Both the position numbers and the translations under genes were made by a program. Source: Macrostomum lignano (lineage: Eukaryota). From it: 64,000 bases of DNA. The notes beneath the pieces were generated by a model. That model was given only the letters and a program-made list of their open reading frames with translations, did not search any database and was not told the origin of the DNA. Positions 25,571 through 34,060 of this stretch are shown here, piece by piece; within the stretch, counting starts at the first letter, position 1, and each line of letters starts with the position of its first letter. The stretch covers positions 437,696-501,695 of the forward strand of contig NIVC01000327.1 in the NCBI GenBank assembly GCA_002269645.1. Reading direction: 5' to 3'.

Positions 25571-26445
25571 GCCGAATTAACACTAGACTGTGGCTTCAGT
25601 TCAACGCCACCCAGGCCCAGTTACTACCGTCGCTAACGTCGTCAAACGGCGATTTAAACCGACTGGTGAAAGCGGAGCTGCACTTCTTTCTAAAGCCACG
25701 CTCGCAACTTGGTCACGGGGACAGAAAGGAGGGTGTATCAGCTTCTACAGTCAGCGGGGTCATGCACCGAGTTGTTATCGTTGATCGGTCACGTCGCAAA
25801 CGCCGTCATCGAAAGCGCCGTCGCCGCCGACGCCGCCGTCGTAGGCGACATGGTCGAATCGATCAAAGAAGACCAATTCGCCCGCGCCGCCGCCTCCGTC
25901 TGCTTGGTCGATTCTCTGTAGTGCAAAATTTTAAGCATAGACGACACAGAAAGCGCCAAATTCGCGACGCTTGGCAGAGAGTGGAAATCACGCAGACTCT
26001 TTTTCGGCACTTGAAATCCGCGGCAAGGCGTCGAAAACGAGGGCATTCATCGGAGCAGTTCTTGTTGACGCTGAGCTTTGAAAAACGAAAATCGAATGGC
26101 AAAGTGAGAGGTGTCTCGCTACAACGCTTTCTGGCCATCGACGGTAGCAGGGCGCCGTTTCTCACGCTGCAGATCTCGCCAGGCTCGAAGTCGCCACCCA
26201 ATTTGATGCAATTGCGGCCGACTGGTCTGCAGAAAACGCGCCAACGTCGAGACGCGCAGCGGCTTCTGCCAAATTCTTTGAACCGAATGAAGAACAGGGA
26301 CTTTTTTAATTTGACGCGAGAAGCTGAGCAGCCATGCCATGCTGTGCCCCATCGATTGCATTTTGCGGACCTAGGCTGGAGCGGATGGATACTGCGGCCT
26401 GAGTCGGTACCATTTGGAGCCTGCATTGGCACCTGTGGACCGGAG
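25571..26445 (+). CDS. TGF-beta/BMP-family ligand, exon 2 (prodomain, RQRR furin site, start of cystine knot)
   Basis: LWLQFN...KAELHFF (propeptide); RQRR; PCHAVPHRLHFADLGWSGWILRP...GACIGTC; TCCAG acceptor, GAG|GT donor. Confidence 0.9.
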
Positions 26446-26889
26446 GTTTGTTAAAATCGAGCTCAGTTTATAATTCCTGTTATCGCACAAAGTATTACAC
26501 CGTAGCGAGTGTTCATCTGTGATTTTGTATAGTTGATACAATTTTTGTACTATTGTACAATGTTAGCATGATACTATTGGAGCGGGGTGAACCGGAGCTA
26601 CAGCCGATCAGAAACAAGGACAGAATGTGCTAACTTGCAGTTGTAGGTGATGCCTTTCATAACTTTCTTAACTAGTTATTGATTCAGTATGGTTGGACAC
26701 TGGACCTTGGTTCGAATTCCATTTCGATGCTTAGGTTCCAATCTCCGTTTGTCGAGTACAGCGCTTCCCATGTGGCCAGATTCAGCTGTGGTAGATAATC
26801 ACTATTAACTTGCCCTTTTGTATAACTTAAATTTCAGTATGTATATAAATAAACGAAAAAAAGTACTGTTAAATCCATGTGAATTACAG

Positions 26890-27153
26890 ACTCCTGGAGC
26901 AAGCAACCACGCTGCAATCAGTGCCGTCTTGCAACGATCCAAGGTCCGTGATGCGTCTTCTCATTCGTTGCAAACAGCCGACAGCGATAAAGTGCCCATC
27001 AAAGGAGGCCCTCTTCAATACTTTCCACCTTCGCCGTGCTGCGTCCCTGTGGTTTCTATGGCAACGCCTCTCGTTTTTCTCGACACAGAAACTGGCGACG
27101 GTGTACTGAGAATGTTCAACGATTTTGAGATAACAGATTGCGCTTGCAGATAA
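26890..27153 (+). CDS. TGF-beta/BMP-family ligand, exon 3 (cystine-knot C-terminus)
   Basis: SNHAAISAVL...PCCVP...LVFLD...VLRMFNDFEITDCACR*; 7-Cys pattern complete; spliced CDS 1341 nt = 446 aa. Confidence 0.9.
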   Translation, partial: TPGASNHAAISAVLQRSKVRDASSHSLQTADSDKVPIKGGPLQYFPPSPCCVPVVSMATPLVFLDTETGDGVLRMFNDFEITDCACR

Positions 27154-28046
27154 CAAGCGATCTGTGACGCCCAAAATAGTCTAAACTCAAATGAACGGAA
27201 AATCATCTTAAATAAGACATAGTATGTAAAATTAAATCCAGGTAGTGGTAGAACTTATAGAAATTAATTCAATTAACTTTGAAAACCTTTGAACGCTCGT
27301 AATTAGCGTTTATTTATTATTTATTTATTATTTATTATTATTAATTAATTTATTATGGGTATTGACTTTTAGCTCGAATTCTTAGGTACTACTTGTTAAA
27401 CGAGCTTACATAACCCGAGTTCAACAATACATGTGTAGCTTCACAAAGTTAACAGCCTTCTGGAATTTCAAGCAATCTATCCAGACAGACGCATTTCGCG
27501 GCCTGTAGCTTTTTGACACTATTGAAAATAAAAAAATCCTATTAAGCTTCGAATGACAATTGCACGCTGATTTTAGTTTGCAAACGACAAAATAAAACAG
27601 CAGAAAAGTATTTTTGCGCATTGACTCAAACGCATACCATAAAACCTTTGTTATTTGCGAAAATCGTCTTTTTTAAAAAACGCGGAATGAAAAGCGGTAT
27701 ATGTACTGAGCCATTGCTACTAGAAGTATTTTACACGGTATTTGGCAGTGTGAGATAAAAACACGAAAGCCCTGCGGGCAGTGAACGGTATATTTATTGG
27801 CATCAATGTACAAATAAAGCGAGATGTACATTCCTGTATAAAAAGCGAAAATGATTCAGTAATATTTATGAGTGTGCCTCTAAGACAACGAGTAGACATT
27901 ACATTTACAAGTAAATTGTAGCCGTCAATCCTCTGGACAATTACCTGGCATCGTAAAATCTAAGAACCACCCCAGAGCTACCTCTTCACCCAGTTAAGAC
28001 GAAACAATTTGTACTTGTGAACCTATGGACTACCAGAAAATTAAGG

Positions 28047-28455
28047 ATCGCGGGCACATAGTAAATTTACCTAACAGTCACTAAGTACCGAAATTAATTC
28101 TGGAACTTCAAACAGAAATTTAATTTATCTGACTACCCCAACCTGCTTCGCTATCTCTCTGGATCACTCAATTCATATATTCTGCCTGTAAATCCTGTGT
28201 TGGGTATTCCGTTGGCCAACTCATTGGGTAATTCGTTGGCCTGACTTTAGGGTTTTCCGCGGAATCGCGGGCACATAGTAAATTTACCTAACAGTCACTA
28301 AGTACCGAAATTAATTCTGGAACTTCAAACAGAAATTTAATTTATCTGACTACCCCAACCTGCTTCGCTATCTCTCTGGATCACTCAATTCATATATTCT
28401 GCCTGTAAATCCTGTGTTGGGTATTCCGTTGGCCAACTCATTGGGTAATTCGTTG
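28047..28455. repeat. Direct duplication of 192 bp (period 217)
   Basis: 28047-28238 and 28264-28455 appear identical by eye. Confidence 0.9.
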
Positions 28456-28589
28456 AGTCAACGAATTATCTTGTAATTTTGTTAAAATGATGGGTTTCGG
28501 CCTTCTCGGCTCCTTTGTGGAAGCCTTCGGGCCTCAGGTCTCAGAAATGAATCCATTAGAGTCCTTGCCCCCCACTCCTGTCAGATGGT

Positions 28590-30377
28590 CAGCCCCATGG
28601 TAGCTTGATGAGACCAATGAGGCCCAAAAGCGAGAAATTCTGCTCTACACGGCCGGAAAGGAATCGGCGACATGTACAAAGAGATCGCTAACAGCGAAAC
28701 TATCGCAGAAGGCCAAAGTGCAAACATTTCAACACTTATCGAGACTTTCAACAAACAGTTTAAAAACCGCGACAATGTCGTCTTCATCAGATACCAATTC
28801 CGGAATTGCCTTCAACAGGATGTCGAACAGATCGACGCATGGTACAGCAGACTGTGGAGCGCATCAGAAGCGTGCCAGTTTGGAGACCTGCACCAGACTT
28901 TTGGAGTCACTGATTCGATATCAAATCGTGGCCTGTTGCCGCAGCGATGCCCTCAGGAAGCGACTCTTAAACGTGCCAAACATCAGTCTCGCAGACACTC
29001 TACAGCTGGCAAGAACTCACGAGGCGGCCGAAAAGCAAGCCGCCATCATGTCAAAAAGTGCTGCCACCTCCGAAGACGTCAACATGCTGCGTCGCCGCCA
29101 GCCAGGTGGGTCAGCCCACGAGCCGCCAAATACTAACAGCAAATGTATCCGCTGCGGAGAGTCTGGACACCGAAGCTGCAACAAGGCCCAGGGCAAGAAG
29201 TGCGATAGTTGTGGCAAGATGAACCACCTCGCTAAGGCCTGTCTCAGTAGCCGTTCGCGCATCAACGCACTTGGCCACGACTCGGACGAGCCGACCGACC
29301 AGTCATACGAGGAAGTGTTCTGCACGCTGGAAGACAAGAACGGGAGCGCAAAGTTCGTCATCAGCATCAACGGCCACGCAGTCAGGGCGCTCATCGACAG
29401 CGCAGCGAGCTGCAACGTGCTCGAACTGTGCACCTTCAGGCGGATCAACAACCCGGACACCAGGATCGAGCCCTGCAGCACAAGGGTTTTCCCACTTGGC
29501 GCAAGCCAACTGCTGGCCGTTGAGGGACAAGCCAGGCTAGGCTGGTCGTGACGGCAAACGGGCACAAGCTGCAGCCGAACTTCATCATCATAAAAAGCAG
29601 CTGCACCCCCATCATCGGGAGACAGACCAGCACCGAGCTCGGCATGCTACAGGTCGGCCCAGCAGCCAACAAGCAACCCGTATTCGCGGCCAGTCTCACC
29701 GGGTCACGAAGCATCAATGACCAGCACCCGACCGACAACCCGCAGCTGCAAAGCATCCTGACCGAATTCGAGGATCGATTTCACGGCATCGGCTGCGTCA
29801 AAGGCGTCCGCGTTTCCATCAAGCTGCGCCCCGATGCCACGCCAACATGCCAAGCACCATCACGCGTGCCAGTGCACCTCAGAGACGCCGTCAGAAAAGA
29901 GCTGGAAGAGCAGCTTGCTCAGGGCATCATCGAGCGTGTCCACGGACCTACAGCATGGTGCTCGAGAATGGTGGCTGTTCCAAAAGACGACAAGGGACGA
30001 ATCCGCATCACCCAGGATCTACGCGAGGTCAACAAATTCGCAATTCTCGAGAAGCAACCGATTCCCAAATTTGAGGAAGTTACGGACGAGATGGCAAGAT
30101 CAACATGTTTCTCAGAGTTAGATGTCGCCAAGGCCTTTCACTAGGCCTTGAGACCACATCGCGGCTGCGAGACCACAACATCACCCTTAACCCGGCGAAG
30201 TGCAGGTTCGCGCAGCAAGAAGTCGACTTCCTCGCCATGCGCCTCACAGCAGCCGGAATCCATCCCAGCACGGAGAAGGTGGCGGCCATCAACTGCTTCA
30301 AAAGACCGACCAACGCTACCGAGGTCAGGTCCTTCCTCGGCCTCGTCCCCTTTGTCGCTCGCTTCATTAGCAACCTA
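28590..30377 (+). mobile_element. Ty3/Gypsy retrotransposon fragment 1 (gag-protease-RT, decayed)
   Basis: Gag RYQFRNCLQQ...; Cys/His knuckles CIRCGESGH and CDSCGKMNHLAKAC; protease LIDSAA; RT PTAWCSRMVAVPK...QDLREVN...LDVAKAFH, then the YxDD region is deleted and the sequence jumps to NITLNPAKC...EVRSFLG; frameshifts and stops. Confidence 0.9.
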
Positions 30378-30659
30378 TGCCGAAAATACTATCAGCCCGG
30401 CCGATTTCATGAAATACAGCTAACGGCTTTTTAGCTGCGGCTTTGACTGCTTTTCCATGACTGGGTTTCATAAACGCACAGCTATCAAGCCACAGCTTGA
30501 TGTCTATGGTAAAAGCCGTTGAGGCAGCAGGGAAATGATAGTATTTTCGATTTCATAAAACTAGCCGTGTTCGAAAAGCAGTGTCTGTTTAGCAGTAAAT
30601 TTCTAGCCAACCTCGAACACGGCTAGCGAATGAATTTTTTTCATTTACACGGTCTACTA

Positions 30660-31010
30660 AATGAGCAAGAAGGAAGACGAGCTCGAGTCTTCCTGGACAG
30701 GCGTAATTTCGCTGTTACTGCAGATTTTGTGCAGAGATTCTGGGGGACAATCTGCCCAATGCTACCCGGGCATTCAACAGGTCACTTAAAGTGACTCGAT
30801 CATTGGTTGAGCGAAGCATTGGCCTACTCAAACTCCGATTTCCGTGCCTCCGATTTCTGCGAGTTTCGACGCCCGTGCTTGCTGCTGAGATCATAAAAAC
30901 GTGTGTCGTTCTGCATAACTTCTGTATTGTCCTTCAGGGACCCGAGGATGATGCGCTTGTCGAAGTGCTTGGCGTTGGAGACGAAGAAGATGAGATCGCC
31001 GGCGATCCAC
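30660..31010 (+). pseudogene. Harbinger transposase remnant (N-terminal piece fused out of frame to C-terminus)
   Basis: RVFLDRRNF...DFVQRF, then FNRSLKVTRSLVERSIGLLKLRFPCL...IIKTCVVLHNFC (HARBI1-type C-terminus); DDE core absent. Confidence 0.85.
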
Positions 31011-31252
31011 AAGCGGTCACGAAGGCGGAATGCACTCATTGCGACATTTGCGGCTGCTCAATAACAAAATTTACCTAGCGTTAACTTCTTAGTTTCTCTC
31101 GCTTTATGTGTTAAGTATATTAGTTTGGTTCATTTCATTCTTAACTTTGTAACACAATCGTAAACAATTGAACAGCTGATAGCAGAACATGAAATGTAGC
31201 AACGCGAAATGTAAAAACTAAAGACAGTTTCGTCATTACATGTACATATTCA

Positions 31253-31918
31253 TTAGAAATTATTCTGGTGAAGGATCGCTATCTCCAGCCTCAGTTTCTC
31301 ATTTCGCAGACAAATGTTTTCCAACAGCAGCTCTTCTTTCTCGTCCTTGTCGCCGGTGCAGACAGCTTTACGCTTCAATAGCTTCCTTCCAGGCCTCGCA
31401 TTTGTAGAAGAGGTCTCCCCGAGGAGTGCCATCATGGACGTCGAACTGCTTCGTTGACTCGGCGAGCCGCCAACGTTGTCGCGGCTCATTGGCGTGGCCG
31501 ACTCCGGGCTTCGTTGACTCGGCGAGTCGCCAACGTTCTCACTGCAATCATGAAAGATCTCCAAATCTTCGACGGCCAGGCCGTTAACGCCCACGCTTCC
31601 GCGACCAATAACATCCAGCACTAAGTTGTCAATTTCACTTAGCTGTTTCTCGTAGCCTCCACCGTTACCAGTCCTTCTCGATTCATCGACTTTCTTGAGT
31701 GCCGCCAGTCGTAGATTTTTCCATAGTGTGTCGCGCAACTGCATTATTGACTTGTTCACGCCTTGAGCGTCCAGGATGGACTTTATTTCCGTCCACGCTT
31801 GCAACTTTTTTCTTTTTACGTCCGCTAGATCATTGAACTTCCTCATCAGCACGTCTCTTCTGCGTAGCATCTCCGTCAAAAAGATTTTCTTGCTCTCTGT
31901 CGAAACCATTCTACTCAC
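31253..31918 (-). CDS. Harbinger-associated Myb/SANT-like DNA-binding protein
   Basis: Intact ~220-aa ORF: KKLQAWTEIKSIL...KSIMQLRDTLWKNLR...RRTGNGGG, plus C-terminal LENICLRNEKLRLEI. Confidence 0.8.
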   Translation of the reverse strand: MSRMVSTESKKIFLTEMLRRRDVLMRKFNDLADVKRKKLQAWTEIKSILDAQGVNKSIMQLRDTLWKNLRLAALKKVDESRRTGNGGGYEKQLSEIDNLVLDVIGRGSVGVNGLAVEDLEIFHDCSENVGDSPSQRSPESATPMSRDNVGGSPSQRSSSTSMMALLGETSSTNARPGRKLLKRKAVCTGDKDEKEELLLENICLRNEKLRLEIAILHQNNF

Positions 31919-32569
31919 ATTAATCCAACCGGCTTTGCTTTTTCGCTAATTATTGGCACTCCATGCTATGCGACCTCAATCATCTTTGTTAGCAGCACAA
32001 GAATCTTAACAGTGAAACATTTGTCTATGGCCAAATCCACGACTCTTAAGGCAAGCCGTTAGAAATAAGCTGTGGCTTACAAACCACGGCTTTTTAGCAA
32101 TCGTTTATAAAACGCTTTTTTTAACAACTGCTGAAAGTTGCAGCTTAACGAGCAGCAGCTTACGGCTTACGGCTAGCTTTTTTATGAAATCGGCCTCTTT
32201 TTTATGAGTCTCAGTGATTGCTTTGCAGTAGCAGACTTTTACAATGTACTTTTTGGTCACAATTTTTGTTTTTATCCCCTTGTTACTAATCCGCACGTGG
32301 AGAGATGTAGTGCTTGCGCGAGCCCGATTTATATGTACATCGGCCTTGCGTACAGTATGTACAAATTCATGCACTTTAAGTGCGGCGATTCTCTAGCCCC
32401 ACTCCACTCGGGTGGCGTGATTTTATCCATAGTCAAAATAAATAAATATCGATCAGCCCACCTAGCAGGGCTCCACCTTTCGTCTCAGCAAACTCCGGCC
32501 TTTCTTACTATAGCAGTAGTATATAACCATACAAAATCGCCAGCAAACCATGGTCAGAATTCAAATGAT

Positions 32570-32701
32570 TTTTATCCAATTCAAGGTGAAAGCACTCGTT
32601 TTTCACTCCATTATCGCTCGTCTTCACTTCGCTCAACTCGCTCCGCTCATCCTCGCTTCATTCCGCTCAAAACGAGTGCTTTCACCTTGAATTGGATAAA
32701 A
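32570..32701. repeat. Perfect 33-bp inverted repeat with 66-nt spacer (foldback mini-element)
   Basis: 32570-32602 TTTTATCCAATTCAAGGTGAAAGCACTCGTTTT is the exact reverse complement of 32669-32701. Confidence 0.9.
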
Positions 32702-33068
32702 TTACCTTGTATCTGAAAATTTGCTCTCTTCGTTCGCTTTGGTTTGCTGACGATTTTGTATGGTATTCAAACAGCAACAAACAGCAACAATCTCTTCCAA
32801 CACCCACAAACACTCTCTAACCCCAGTCCGCGCCGCAGGCGCAAAGGGTCTGTAATGGTTTTTTTCTGTTACTAAAAATGAACCGAGTTTACACTTTTCT
32901 GTTAGTGATACTTTTGAAACTGTTGCTAAAAATTCAGAGATAATAAAACAACATATTTTGAATGGAATAATCGATGAAGTTTATTTAAAATACGACGATG
33001 GAAATGAACTAAAACTTTATCCCCTAGAGTTGGATGGTTTATACGATTTAGAACAAGAGGGTGAGTTA

Positions 33069-33691
33069 TGTGACAGTGTGATTCGTAGAAGCGCGTGTAT
33101 CGTATTTCTTTATTTTCATATGCATACCGTGCTACTACTGTATTCTTCCATTTATTTTAACAATATTCGTACGTATTATTATCGCGCTATTTTTACTGTT
33201 AATTGCTTTGTTTTTGTAGCCTCGTATGTATTTATTCTATTATTTGTATTTCATTCATATCGTTATTATTTATCGTAAAGTAGTTCTACCTATGTACATG
33301 TACTGACGTATGTTATTCTTGTATGATATATTTATCGATTGATTTGTACATGTACATTGCGCGCCGCGTGGGGGTTTGTCTGGGTTTTGGATTAGGGTCG
33401 CTGTTGTTTGTTATCTGTTTACCTTACCAATTAAATATACGCTTGCAGCCAGTCGCCGCTCTCCCCCTGCGCTCCTGAGTTTTCGCTCCGCTTCTCGCGG
33501 GCCCCTTAGCCGTCGCATTCAATTGCTTTAGTCGCACTAAAATTAAGCAGCTACCAATCAAAACCTAACCTTCAATTCAACATACCAAATCTGAATCTGC
33601 AATTTACGCTAAGGGAAGTCGGCTACTGGCTCTTGATTATCAAATTTAACCGCTACACAAACTGCACGTCTTCCTGCCTTTATTCGTCACA
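33069..33691 (+). repeat. Putative 5' LTR (623 bp)
   Basis: Terminal inverted hexamers TGTGAC/GTCACA, PBS 6 nt downstream; partner LTR not in window. Confidence 0.65.
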
Positions 33692-33697
33692 TAAATT

Positions 33698-33714
33698 TGG
33701 AGGTCCCACCGAGA
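33698..33714 (+). promoter_or_regulatory. Primer-binding site complementary to tRNA-Gln
   Basis: TGGAGGTCCCACCGAGA is the reverse complement of the metazoan tRNA-Gln(TTG) 3' end as recalled. Confidence 0.8.
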
Positions 33715-33779
33715 CTCAACTCGACCCGCACGGCTCCTCGGAGGTCTTAGATCACCCATCTGCCTATTTGCGTTGTTAT

Positions 33780-34060
33780 TTGTGGCGATCTGCAACGTTC
33801 TGCGACGATCTGCGACGATCTGCGACGATCTGCAGCGATCTGCGACGATCTGCGGCGATCTGTGGCGATCTGCGACGTTCTGCGGCGAGCTGCGGCGATC
33901 TGCGACGATCTGCGGCGATCTGTGGCGATCTGCGACGTTCTGCGGCGAGCTGCGGCGATCTGCGACGATCTGCGGCGATCTGCGGCGATCTGCGACGTTC
34001 TGCAGCGACCTGCGACGATTTCTGGCGATCCGCGGTGAGCTGAGGCGATCTGCTATCTGC
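33780..34060. repeat. 10-bp tandem repeat (ctgcgacgat/ctgcggcgat) in the retroelement 5' leader
   Basis: Direct repeat between PBS and gag. Confidence 0.9.

Larger units (their letters stand above)
30399..32195. mobile_element. PIF/Harbinger DNA transposon, internally deleted
   Basis: TIRs GGCCGATTTCAT(G/A)AAA at 30399 and 32195; transposase remnant on +, Myb/SANT ORF on -; no TSD seen. Confidence 0.85.

Noticed and set aside
32828-32860. GCGCC-GCA-GGCGC hairpin followed by CTGT, like a Helitron 3' end
   Set aside because: No CTRR terminus and no matching 5' end identified
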